Source: Acanthopagrus schlegelii
Lineage: Eukaryota
Reading direction: 5' to 3'
Assembly (NCBI GenBank): GCA_041753875.1
Contig: CM085480.1
Location: forward strand, 5,735,958-5,799,957
DNA length: 64,000 bases
A program made the position numbers and the translations under genes. A model generated the notes under the pieces. It did no database searches. It saw nothing but the letters and a program-made list of their open reading frames with translations, and was not told the origin of the DNA. Shown one piece after another: positions 26,201 through 40,314 of this stretch (its first letter is position 1; each line of letters begins with the position of its first letter).

Positions 26201-29200
26201 TTGTGTTTTAAGCAATTCTAGTGTTTAACACAGTATGACGCTCTCGATCACAAAATGATACACTCTGAAATATATTTCATTAACTGACATCCATAATCTC
26301 GAGTCAGCACTGTCCCCTTTGCATATCGAGGCTAACCTGAATATGGTAATTTCTTGTTGTCAAGTTAATCAGAGATGTTCTGAACGTGAGTGAGATGACG
26401 TTGAGGAGCCCCGTGCCTTCCTGTCTGGGGAAGTACCGCGCTCTGAGGTGCAGCATTGATACTGTTCCCCGCAGCAGCTCCGAGTTTCAGGCTGTGAACG
26501 CTCTGCTGCAGGACAGGTAGAGTACATCCTCCGCAACGCTTGTGTGTCTTATGGTCTGGAGGGAAGCAGAACCTGTTAACAATGCTTCTGAACCCCAAAA
26601 GAGATAAATCTGTTCACAAAACCTGCTACAAATATAAATGTGGTTTTATTTATTTATTAATTGCTTTTCCCTGATATATCAAAACATTTTATGTACTATA
26701 TCTTCACTTCATCATTACGAGTGTAATCAAAAATGCTACAGACGACACACAGAAATGACTGCTGGTAAATGATGGGGGTGTGTTTTTACAGTGATTGTCA
26801 GTAATCAAGGAGCCCAATAACTGATATATGAAACCGATACAGGGAATGTGAAAGTACTGTACTGTATTGTACTCTATTACAATTTTGAGGTGCCTTTACT
26901 TTTCCTCATTTTACTCCACACATTTATTTCAGAATCTGAAAAAGACTTATTGCCAAAAAGGGTTTTATACCAACAAGGAATTTGTCTTGGTAAATAATAC
27001 ACTGAATAAAAATATATAATACCCACTCAACGCTAGAGAAATATATAATTAATTTTTATATATAAAAATAAATTGAGATAAAAATAAACACTGACTATTT
27101 TATATACAATATACAATATATATTGTATCGGAAGGTGTTCCTGGCATGTCCCGCCGCGAGGAGACCCCGGGGAAGACCCAGGACACGCTGGAGTGACTAT
27201 GTCACTCAGCTGGCCTGGGAACGCCTTGGGATCCTCCAAGAAGAGCTGGAGGAAGTGTCCGGGGTAAGGGAAGTCTGGGTGTCCCTGCTCAGGCAGCTGT
27301 CCCCGCGACCCGGCCCTGGATAAGCGGAAGAAGATGGATGGATGGATGGATGGATATACAATATAAACAGTATTAACAAACAGAGACATAAGTGTGGGAT
27401 GATTGATGAAAGAGCTGTACAGGAATGACAAAAAATATATCCTTTCCTTTATTTTATTTATTTTTTTATTACAGTTCTGCATTTTCTAATTTATTTAAAT
27501 AGTCAGATTGTTAATATGAAATAACATTCAACTAATACATTTTTTTAAATTATTATTAAGGAGTGGTGTCATTCCACAGACAGTGGTGCATTTTTAAATG
27601 TATTTATTTTATTGGATCAAAACAACAAAAAACAACAACTAATATTCTAATAATTCCAATAATCAGCCTGACAAAAAATCAGTAAATCCCTGAAAAGAAT
27701 GAATCAACATTGAAGTTCATTCAGCTTGAACAACTTTGACAGTGTGTTTTGTGTTTATTTTTTTTCAAACCTCATCTCTCATGTGTCCATGCTTTGCAGC
27801 AAGGTGCAGATCCAACAGGTTCTGCGCGTCAGCAGAGGCGTGGAGCTCCAGACATTTAAGAGTGATCTTGGGAACATTAAGCCCCTACTTCATTCCTCCA
27901 GCCCCAGCAACTTTGTAGGACTCCTGTCTCGGTGAGATCACATGCAAACATCAGTTTTCAGCAAGGAAATACACCACCAGAGGAACATAGTATATATTGG
28001 TTTGTAGCAGTCTTTCTGGTTAGGGCCAATTCAAATTCTCTAGTAATACATCCTCTCCTTTTCGGATCAGAGGTTATATAAATGTACTGTTTGTAGTGAC
28101 AACTGTATACAGCAGCTCACTCCCTAACATACACACATCTGCATAGTTTTAGACTTTTGTTTTGTAACTCTCTCGCTCTCTTTTCAGTGGTCTGCTGCTG
28201 CCTCGTGTTGGAGTGGAGCATCATGGGATAGACAGAACAGATGCTGGTAATCTGGGCAGTGGAATCTACTTTGGTGATGCTGTTGGGTATGTAGAAAATC
28301 TGACTGACTAACTTTATTCTATAAAAAATGTCAATTTGTCTGATGATGATGCCAAACCAGTGAGCCAGTAGACAACTCTTTCATCCAGATGTAATCTTTA
28401 GTAAGCGACTTCATGTTTTTCATCAACAGCACCAGTTTGAAATACTCAAAGGCCTGCGTGACGGACGGCTCTCGACTGCTGCTGGTGTGTGATGTGGCGT
28501 TGGGACATTGCTGGGACATCCACAAGAGAGATCCAACACTGACCCAGGCTCCTGAGGGACACCACAGTGTGCATGGGGTCCGCCGCACCCCAAACACTCA
28601 CTCTGAGTTTGAGGTGGGTGTGGTTGTGTTTGAAACACATAGACATAGTACAAATGCACATACCTCAAAATGAATTCTTTATTCTGATTTCCTTACACAG
28701 ATGAAAACCAATTTGACTGATTTACATGATCACAATAAGCATGTGGGCACAGATAGAATAAAATGTATCCTTGTTCTTAAAGAACCAAAAAAAACATATT
28801 TTACTAGCTGAATAAAATGAACACAGGTGAGTTCATGAGTTGACTTATTAGTTGCCTTATCTATATTTACAAAAGACTGTGAAAACAAAACACACATAGT
28901 CAAACTTTTAACAGGGAGGTATTCTGTCAAACATATGATTATATTTGATATAACATCACTCAGCCCTAGTATGTCTACATATCTGTATCCATGTCCACTG
29001 TTATATGTATATTGTATGCTATATGTATTTTGTGCCAGGATGATGAGTACGTGGTGTACAGTCCTGATCAAGTGAAACTCAAGTATGTGGTTCAGTTCAG
29101 CATCGAAGGAGACCAGCTGAAGGAGTTCAGTCCTGACATCGTCACCTCAGCGGAGCCATGTCTGCCCTCTTCTGACCAAGGTGAGTACCTCCAAAAATAC

Positions 29201-32200
29201 TTCAAAATAATATGGTGGGAGCTGTGGAATTAACTCTGCTCAAAAGGTAGAAAACCTACATCTACCAGAATGCACTGCAGTCTAATAAACCCTCCCGCTG
29301 ATGGATGACGTACTGCAAGTTGGGTGGTGCTTGGTTTTGGCTTGGAGTCCGTTTTGAAACAGGAAACAGTAAAGCAGTCAGCAAGTACCAAATAATATCA
29401 CATGACAACTAAACAATTATTCAAAGATGTTCCTGAAAACATTTTCATTTTTAAGTGAAAAATAGAGCAGTAACAGGATTTTGGTTTATGATGTGTCAGC
29501 ACTGCGTAGTTCAGACAGTTTGATCAGAACTTAGTGAGAGGACATGGAGAGCGTCTTAACATTTTACACATGTTGTAAATGATGTAAACCCAAGAAGCTT
29601 TATTTAGTCCACATAGAATCTACTATATATTGTATGGAGCCTAAAATATAAAGAATAATATAACTATACTGAATACACAATGCATAAATTGTAACTATGA
29701 AATGCGTAGAGACACAAATGAGCAATCTTATGAAATGTACTGTTACCTCAGTAACACACACTCTTTGGCTTTATTGTGTGTATGTGGTGTGTGTGTGTTA
29801 TGTTTGGTGTGTGTGTGTAGAGCTCAGCTCAGAGGAGAACGGGGTTGAAAGCATTAACAACCCTCTGGAGGGAGTGACGGCTGGACTGTTGGACAGCTCT
29901 GGTCAGCAGATCCCTCTGCAGGCTGTCCATGTGAAGTGCAAACTGATGGACCTGCTTTCTCAGGTGATAGAAAATAAACCAGCTCATTCAAGTCTTTATA
30001 TTTTGCTGTGATGACATCCTGGTGATCAAATGGTTGATTTAATTTGATATCAACCTCCAAAAGTTCATCAGACAACTGGATGTAAATATTTCACAGGCTG
30101 CTGAGTTTACTGGTTCATATCTCTCTGACAGTACATGTCTGTCTTCTGTCTGTAAAGTCTCTCTTCTCTGTTGTCCTCTTCCAGGTCGTCATTTTCCAAA
30201 AATACACCAACACGAGCTCTGTGCCTATTGAAGCCAAGTATGTCTTCCCGTTGGATGATTCTGCAGCAGTGTGTGGATTTGAAGCTTTCATCAATGGGAA
30301 ACATGTGGTGGGACAGGTAACCTAACCAACCTATACTCATCACAGATTTTTTTTCCTCCCGTTAACATATTTCTTTACTGTGTTATATTTTTCATGATGG
30401 CTTTTGTTTATTAGTCATCTTTATTCTCAGCAGTTTGCTGCTACACTATATAAAATGTCCTCATCTGTAAATGGAACTGAAGAAAACAGAAAGGTTAAAT
30501 TTGATATTCTCACAGAAGATTCAAACATTTTTTTAGGCAATTTTAGATAGTCATTGTGTAATGCCAGGTAGCAAACTTCACAGGATAAAACTAATATTAT
30601 GGATTATTTGCAAAACCAATCTAACCTGTTTTTTGTGTCTGTTTGGATCTCAGGTGAAGGAGAAAGAGACTGCTCGCAAAGAGTACAAGCAGGCTATTGA
30701 GAAAGGCCACGGAGCCTATCTCATGGACCAGGACGCTCCTGTACGTCCACCATCTGCACTCGACCAGACACACATCATCATACTGATTCAAATTCTTATT
30801 ATAGTCTGTATTATAGTTTATATCATAATCCATTTACACAGTGTTTCATTAATAACATAAAATCATTATAAGTATACATGTATTATAATATATATATATA
30901 TAGCACAATTAATCTACTCATTTTAATGATTCTATAGAGTGAAATCTTCACATTTTAGAAAGCAGAGACCAACAATTGTTTGACAGCTTTGTTTAAAGAA
31001 ATGACTCAAGGAATGAATCATATATCAGAATAGTTGGCAACAGTGTTCTTTCGATTGATAAATCTAGGAATCGATTTATCGTTGCAGTGCTTATTCTATA
31101 TTTTGTCTTTCGTTTTTTACTTTCAGCAAAATCCTCAATGTGGCTTAACACTGTATAATTTAACAATTGTATAGGTTTGGCTGTAGACGAGAATTTGACA
31201 AAGAACTAAAATACACTGATGCTTGCTGCGATAGTTAATTAAACGCAGCACATTACTTGCTGACCTCAACTAAAGTTGACACCACCATCAAATATGAACT
31301 GATTTAAGATGCAGATTATATAACATTAATCAGTTTTCACAATGACACAATAGCCTACCATCCAAACTGTAGAACAGCTCATACTGGGAGAAAATGACAT
31401 TGTCCGTGAGAAGGTGAATTTTACTCTGGAACCACGGGCACCAAAAATAGTCCCCCCCCACTATGCAACTCTATTTGTAGACTTGTTTTGATGTTATTTT
31501 CATGCTCACTACAGGATGTGTTCACCATCAGTGTGGGCAATCTGCCTTCCGGTGCGACTGTCCTCATTAAAGTTACCTTTGTGTCTGAGCTGATCATCAA
31601 GGACGGGAGTATTCTCTTCTCCCTGCCCGGGAGTGTGGCTCCATGGCAGGAGAGTGCAGCGCTCAACCAGACTACACAGGTAAGGAAAACCTGGACAGAA
31701 GGTGTGACAAAACCTAAAACCAATCCCACCTCAGAGAATTACTTTCTATTCTGTAGGTTGTCAATAGTGTGATAACTGGCAAAATGTCTCTTAATTAGTG
31801 AAGGGTGGGAAAAAAAACTTAAAAACCTACTTTCCTACGGTTTAGGCAATGCTTTTATTTGCATCATCGTGATTTATTTTATTTCTCCTTCTGAATTTTC
31901 TTTTGGTTGATGTTTCACATGCAATTTGGAGTTGTAAAGTGTTATGAGATAGCAACACATATGAATGGTGGGACTTCTCAGCAGTGTTTGGTCTTTAGTT
32001 AAATTTCCTGTACTTTTAATCATATTTTTTGCATGAAGGATTCATCACAGGAGAAGTGTCCCTGTTTTTCTGTTTCTATATCTGTTTATTTATTTATTTT
32101 TCTGCATCAGGCTTGTGTGGCTGGTACAGAATATTCCCTACCTGTAGAGTGTAGTGGGAATACAAGGATATTGGATCTGATAGCATGTGAGGGACTCTCC

Positions 32201-35200
32201 ATCGAGTGAACTGACGATCGAATTTTTTATTGTCTGCCTTTTGTGTTTTTCCATCACTCAACAGGTCACTGTGGAGAAGGTGTGTGTGACCGATGAGGCA
32301 GCCAGCAAGAGGTGAGCTGTAATATGTGTTCTTACTGTTTCCTTAAATTTGACTGAAGTGCTGAATGTTCAGTAGTGTACTGTGGTGAAGCACTGGATTG
32401 ATAGACTAGTTGATCCACAAAAAAAATAATCAAAATTAGTTAACCAGCTTCTTATAAAGCATAACATTTGTATAGAAAAGCATGTTGTCTCTCTAGTGTC
32501 TGCCTTATATTGCGTATTATGCACAGTTAAATACGTGCAGTTAGAGGGTGTGTTCAATGTAGTTTTTTGATTTCCTCAGAGAGTTCACTCTTGACATGTC
32601 AGTTGAGATGCCATATGAGATCACCAGCCTGGAATGCATCACTCACCAAATCAAGATTAAGGTAATTTGGGTGTTAATTGAGAAGTCCATCAGCAGAGAC
32701 TTTGTGATTAACAAAATCAGATGATTTCCCTCTGCTTCCTTTTACTGCATAATTAAATTATAAGTTTTAAGTTTTGGTTATGGCATCTGGGATTTAGATC
32801 TGTCATTAGGTTTGATGATATTTACAAAAAGCTGCATTATGGAAGCTATGTTTGTTTGTTTACTCTGTTTAAAAAGTCATAATTATGAGTGAACATTTCC
32901 TCTTTTTTACCCTTGTTCGTGTGTGATCCCACAGAGAACCGACTGCAAGGCAGTGGTGAGTGTGCTGCCAGGAGAGGTTATGGGTCCAGATGGTTTCCAG
33001 CTGTTGGTCACTCTATCTGAGGTCCACCTGCCCAGGATGTGGGTGGAGAAACACCCAAGCAACGACAGCCAGGTCTGTCTGTCACATGATTATGATTCTG
33101 GGCTGTATAAATAAAATTGATTTGATCTGAATTTGAACCATCTCTCTCTCTCTCCTTTAGGCCTGCATGTTAGTTTTCTATCCAGACTTTGATGTCAACT
33201 CCAGTTCAGCATCTGATGAAGTCGTCCTGCTGCTGGACACATCTGAGTCTATGAAGGGAGAGTCTCTCTGCACGGCGCAGAGAATCGCCCTGCAGGTCCT
33301 CAAAACCCTCGACAAGAAGCTCAGAGTCAATGTCATTTTGTTTGGCACAGGTCAGTTTCTAGAGCTTTAAAGAAGGCACAGACATAGTGAAACTGTCTCA
33401 CCAATAACGAGGAAGATACAATCAAAGATGACAGATGGTGAAAGGATTTAGTTTGACTGCATAAATAATAAAGAACTGAACTGAAAAGAGATCCTTCATG
33501 CATTATGGAGAGAGCTGCATGACACAGTCCATGAGTAAAGGAATCAAACCAGTCCTTCTTTGGTAATCTCCTATACAAGAATGTCATCCGCTTCATGTCT
33601 CTGTCTGCCGTTTATTTTCATCCCTGGATTCAATGTTCTGTTCAGAGCTGCTGTAAATCTCCTCTGCTCTGTATCCCCTCCTTCAGTTTGATATCTGTTG
33701 GTCTAAGAGGCTGAGTTTTTTTTATCCAGCTATGTTCACCAGGAGTCAGCTGAGCCTTGTTGTCCACAGAGACTCTTCCCTTGTGGTCCAAATTTCTGAT
33801 CGAGCCAGAATTCCATTAGCTAATAGGTCAACTTAGCTCCATGACAAACCAAGCCAACTTCCGGATTGCCATTATTCGTACAGCGAAAAAGAGCTACATT
33901 GAGCACCAGTTAGTGGTTATGCTGTCACCTGAAGTTTTGGAGATACATTTTAATAGGTGGCCATATTTTACAAGTTACACTTTTAAACCTGGATACAGAA
34001 GTTAGTTGTCACTAACCTGACTGTTTTTGTCTGTCAGATCACACAGACGTTTTCCTGACAGCTCAACCGCTTGTTAAAGGTCGGCAAGCAGCAGAAAGCT
34101 TCATCAGGGTGAGTTGTGATGGACACATTCTTTATATTGTGGTTTAACCTTGAAGCCGTTGTTATAAGGAATATTCTTGCTGTAGAGCTTTGTGAAGCAA
34201 GCATATATTGTGCAACTGCATAACAAGCTTTATAAAATCTTTAACTATAAAATCTACCATGTACTATATTCTGAAAAGAATCTGATCCTATGAGAAAGAG
34301 AAATATCAACCATTAGTATTTCTTCCTATATATTTATTTTGTGATTACATTTCATCACCATATAATAATATATTGAAAATAATGGCGGATTCAGATTACA
34401 ACATACAGAATTATGCTATATTATATGAAAAAATGATCTTCTATTAAAAATCATTTCATACCTGGTCTGTGTGGACAGTTCATCCTAGAGGCATAATAAA
34501 GACTTAGAGGAACAGCTGTCAGATAAACGTTTGGTCTCTAACAGTAATGTTTGGTTGATGTGTTAGCTTGTAGTCAGTCGTTCTCCAGCCTGTTTGTCTG
34601 TCTTGTTAACCTAGCTGCTTGTTAACCTAGATAGTACATAGCCTATATTTCTCTCTTTTTTAATCAACAGCCACCTCCAGCGCTGCTCTGTGACTCTGTG
34701 CCTGAAAAAACTGAGACTCCCTTTAACTCTAAAATATGCAACATTTGCTTCCAGGGGAGCAGGACCACGGACCTCACTGAGGGTCCGAGGTCCACCCCCT
34801 GTAGTCTCACGAAATGTATCATGTAATGCATTTGTAATAGTTTGTTACCAAGTTAAGCCAGTGTGGAGCTCCTATGGAATTAGCTGAAACAACTGTATCA
34901 GTGTCAGTATTGCCACAGGTGTGCAGCCTTGCAGAGGAAGATATTGTTTGTGTCAGAAATGTGTTATTTGTAACTAAGTCGGAGGCTGACATATTAGAAT
35001 GTTATAAACTATATTTATTGAATGCAGCATATGCCTGTGTGTTCTCAAAGCTCTGCTCCTCTTCCTTTTATCAGTGCCTTAACCCAGTAGGGGGCAGCAC
35101 TGAGCTGTGGAGGCCTCTGCGAGCTCTCAGCCTGCTGCCTCCATCCCAAGGTGTCAGGAACCTGCTGCTGCTGTCAGACGGCCACATCCAGAACGCAGAG

Positions 35201-36768
35201 CTCACCTTGCAGCTGCTCAGAGACAATGTTCAGCACAGCCGCCTCTTCACCTGCGGCCTCAGGTCTGAATGTGTTGAAGGCTCAGAGCTCCAAATGCCAG
35301 AAATCACAAAATGGTCATTTTAGCTTTGCTCTTTAGCTCAGCCTTAAATCAAGACAATAAAAACTACAGTTTTAGTTGCACGTTGTGGGTCAAAGGTCGT
35401 CTGAGTTTTTGCCTCAATCGTTAAACAACTACTGTACCTTTACTGATGAAAATCTATTTATAGTTAAGTTACATTTAGTCACATTTGTTCTTTACAGACT
35501 CACCTGATGTTTGCCCTAAAAACTTGTCATTTCAGCCCAACAGCCAATCGGCACATGTTGAGAGCCCTTGCCCAGTCCGGGGGCGGAGCCTTTGAATTTT
35601 TTGACACAAAAACCAAACACAACTGGGCAGAGAAGGTGAGTGCTAATTAATCACAGGTAACGTCAACAGTATACTCAGATTAAATGTTCTTTTATCAAGT
35701 GTTGTGTGAGGCAGCAGAAATGAGGCGAGGTGGGTCACTATTTTTGGTTTTTAGTTTTTTCATCATCTTTTTTCACGCACTCATTTGTCACTTACTATGC
35801 AGATAAAAAGAAAAAAAAGTCTAAATATAAGATTTAAACACTTTTCCTGCATTGTTGCAATGCCTTCACATTTAATATAGTGCCAGATCAGTGAGATCCG
35901 TATATAAAAGCCCTAATGCATGACCACGACTATGTTTCGATCTGCTCGCCTCTGTTATTCTGTCTCTAAATATACAAGGACTCATACGTTGCCACATTGC
36001 ACACATTAAAACCATTATAAAGTAGATCGGTCCAATCTTAATGCATTTCAAGTGTCATAAAATGTGACATAAATAAACTTTCACATAGAATGAAATAACC
36101 CTGATTCCTCTGTTTACCTTTTGTCTGTTTTGGCTGCAGGTAGCACGTCAGGTGAAGCGCATGGCATCTCCCGGCTGCAGCTCAGTGTCAGTAAAGTGGC
36201 AGCAGTTCAACCCGACAGCCCCTCCTCCTATACAAGCCCCCAAGCAGCTCAATGCTCTGTTCAGTGACTCTCACACACTGGTTTATGGTTTTGTGCCGCA
36301 CTGCACTCAGGTACATAGTTCACATAAACTGAATTACAGCTGTACTTGCGCTTGGAGATAGTTTAATGTTTGTGTGAGTGTGTGTATTATTCTGATTCTT
36401 AGTTAGGGCTGCAACAAGCCTTTTTTTTTTAATCGGTGATCAATTTCTCTGCCTTTTGATTCTTTGGACTGTAAAATATGAGAAACTTTTGGAAAAACTG
36501 GTATCACAGTTTCCCACAGCTCTAGCTGACATCTTCAAATTGCTTGTTTTCTTTTAACGAAAATTCAACGCATAACGATATGAGATTTAAAATGATATAA
36601 AAAAACAATAAAACATCAAATCCTGATATTTAAAAAGCTGTGAACCAGATTTGAGTGTTTAATGACTCAAATAACCCCTCAGGCCACACTGCTTGGAAAT
36701 CTGAGTGGTCAGGAGCTCAAAACCATGGTGTCGACCACTGAGCTGCAGAAGACCAGGGGCACAGTAAG

Positions 36769-36845
<77 letters not shown>

Positions 36846-39800
36846 AGTCACACAAACACACACAGTCACACGTAACAGTCTCAACAGAACTGTAATACTG
36901 ACCTACACAACACACACATCATAACTCCTTTACCCTGCACATACGGATGATTATGACGTGTTTTGATGTGTGCTCAGTTTGTCCACAAGCTCACAGCAAG
37001 GGCCCTCATAAGGGATTACGAAGACGGAAGCCTGGCCCCTGATGAAGCTGAACATGAGGTGTGTTTGTGTGTATCACTGAGTGAGGCCAGAGGAAAGCCA
37101 CCTCGATTCACACCTGTGGTCTGAGCACTACGTGTTTAACGTGGCGTTCCGCTTTTCCAGGGGAAGAAAGCAGAGCTGAAGAGCTTCATCATCAAGTTAA
37201 GCAAAGAGTTCTCCATCCTGTCACAGTTCACCAGCTTTGTGGCCATCGAGGAAAGGGTATACTGTCTGCTCAAAGTCCAACCCATACACACTCTCACTTT
37301 ACAGCCTGGTGTCATATTTTGTCTCCCAACTTTACACATCTAATTTGTTTCAGGATTCAGAGCAGGCAGAGGGCTTCACAGACATCCCCAAGTTGATCGC
37401 AGAGGAAGATGTGGACTTCCTTCCCTACATCAGCTGGATTACTCCTAAGCGTCATGGAAAATGTCTAGATTATACTGACCCTGGAGAATCTGACGATGAA
37501 GAGGAAGATGATGATATGGGTTTTGGCCTTCTGTCACCTAGTTCACAATCATATATGCCTGGAGATGGTCTAAAATCTCCAATTTGTCTTGAAAATGTGG
37601 AATGGGAAGATGAAGATGGGGAAGAGAGCTTCTGGGAGTGTTACGATGCAGTTGAAGAATGCTCGATGCAGTCTTCACCCACAGTAAGCTCCTCATGCAC
37701 AAACTGCAGCTGGACATGTTTTTGGATTGCATTTTTAGATGAAGCTACTATTTTTAATGCAAGGACAGAATAAAACTCTCAACACATCCTAAATTAACAG
37801 CACATCACTGATATCACACGATATCCATGATATTCTGTAAAGTAAAAATATGGTATCACCATCCGTCCTGAGTAATCCAGTTATAAGTGGACAGCTTTAA
37901 GCCTGTCAGCACACACCTAGCATTAGGATAAGTATCTGCATCTGCTGCCTGTGATCAGATCTCACTGTCCCACTCTCACATATTATGCAAATAACACACG
38001 TATGTCACTGGAACAGCTCTGTTTTTCACACAAAGAAGTAAATATCATTTGCCAAACTTGGAGACCGAGGAGGTCCAAATAGTTAAGATTTTGTTGAAGT
38101 CAGCTTATCACCAAAATCATGATGTTTCCCCTACCTCTACCACTCACAAAGTATATGCTTTTTGTAAGAAAAATACTTTTGAGCCTATTCCTAACTCATC
38201 CAAACTGACACTTTGGGATTGTAGGATGGGTCGGCAACCGTCAGTTTTTGACGAGTTGGGAAACCCAGAGCGTCATTATGTGACCAGTTTGGAATGACAC
38301 TCAAAAATCAACTTTATCTCAATAGCAAAAGGGAATCTGGGGACTTTCCTTAAAGTCAAATAGGTAGCCTGTATTGGTTACTGTTACACTGTTTTGAGAA
38401 TTTGATATGTTTATCTCCAACTCAATGCCTTCTGTCATAGATTTAGTGTAACTGGTGAAATCAGTTAAGATGCACTTTAGACACAGAAGCAGACAGGCTG
38501 CTACACTGATGCTGCCACAGACTGACACTTTTTGTACAAAGAAACAAACCACTTTGTGTTTTGATTTAATGCTGACTTTACAAAAAGAGATCTATGATTA
38601 AGAATTTACTGTAGCTGTTTTGCAGAGTTACGTTATAGTTAAGTTATTGTTTCTCCTCACTCAACAACTTGAAGTCTGTCCGTTTCAGCGGAGCCAACCA
38701 CTGAACCAGAGCCCACTATATTACCAGCGTGCTGACAAACATCTGCTGCTAACATTAGCAGAATAGGAGAGCCCGTAAATGTGACAGACATTGATTCAGA
38801 CTGTATGTGATCTATTCTGCGCATTGTGGCTTTCTCTTCCTCTTCATGTTTCGCAGAGGATGTCAGTTGAGTAGGCAGTCCTTCACATGTGGTCCAGGAC
38901 AGACATGTGTACACACTGCTAAAAGGTGGACCATGTCACCTCTAAATGTGGTTTGAGTGAAAAGATCTCAAAAGGCCTAAATCACACTGCCGTCTCGAAG
39001 CAGGAATCTTTTCAAACATATATCCCGCCTCCCCATCTGTAGGAAAGTTACAGAGGCAGAATCCCCCATTCACCTCTGATCTGCCAGCAGAGGTAGTAAC
39101 AAAACCACAACAGAGGCAAGATGACTTCTATGTGAAAGGGTAACAGACTGGACACACTTGATGCTTGTGTATCGCGGGATGGCTGCTTTGCTGGGCTGCT
39201 GCTCACTCACGCCTATGTATCCACACAGGCAGCATTGTCGGTATGATGTCAGATGACTGTCTACCGGTCATTTTTAGGTCTATGGATTTTTTGCCAAGAA
39301 TCACAAGTGTATGGCAGTAAAAATAACAAGATTCGGAATAATAATAAAAATATTCCGAATCTGTAGATGAAGCAATGCAGCAGCCTCTCTTGACACGCAC
39401 GTGAGAAGCGCTGCATCCAGTGTGGCTGGTCTAACCTGTTAACACGGATGCTGAAATGAAAAGCGAGAGGTAACGCAAAGCAGCAGCGCTTGCACAGCAT
39501 CCAGTGTGTCCAGCCTGTGAGCCAAGACAGGGCAGGAGTGTGACAATGTGCTGGTGTTCACAGTCTGACAAATAAACTGATCCTTCATCAACAAATGTCC
39601 CAAACTTAAACCCACAAAGTAACGTGACAAGACCAAACAACAGCTAGTAACAGCATCCCTCCTCGCAAGTGAAAGTCAGACAGGCGTGATTTAGAGCAAA
39701 AAAAGAAAGGAACTTTGTCACTTTACACGATGCATGCTGGTCAGGATCTCAATCATAACACTTTAGAGCAGCAGCCATATGATTATAAACAGTCAGCAGT

Positions 39801-40138
39801 TTACATCTAGGTAAATGATCTAGTAGATGTGTGACCACAAAAGACATTCTGACTCTTTTTTTTGTTTTGTTTTTCTCTCCTTTCTAGGGTGCCTCGCCTT
39901 TTGCAGAAATGGATTATGAATGTCCACCGAGTGAACCTTCACATGCAGAAGCCCACACCTCTCCAGTCCTTCGTCGTCCCCGTCCTATCATATGTTTGGG
40001 ACTCCCAACTCCTCCTCCTCCTCCTGACATTTATCGCTTTTCACCCTTAAGTCGTCGTCTTCCTCTTCCTCCTCGTCTTCCTGCTCCTCACACTTCTTCT
40101 TCTGCATTCTCATTCGGTTCTCCTCCTCCTCCTCCTCC

Positions 40139-40170
<32 letters not shown>

Positions 40171-40282
40171 TTCTTGGTGCTCCTCCTCCTCCTCATCCTC
40201 CCACTTCTTCCTCTGCATTCTCAATTGGTCCTCCTCCTCCTCCTCTTCCTCACACTTCTTCTGCATTCTCAATTGGTCCTCC

Positions 40283-40314
<32 letters not shown>

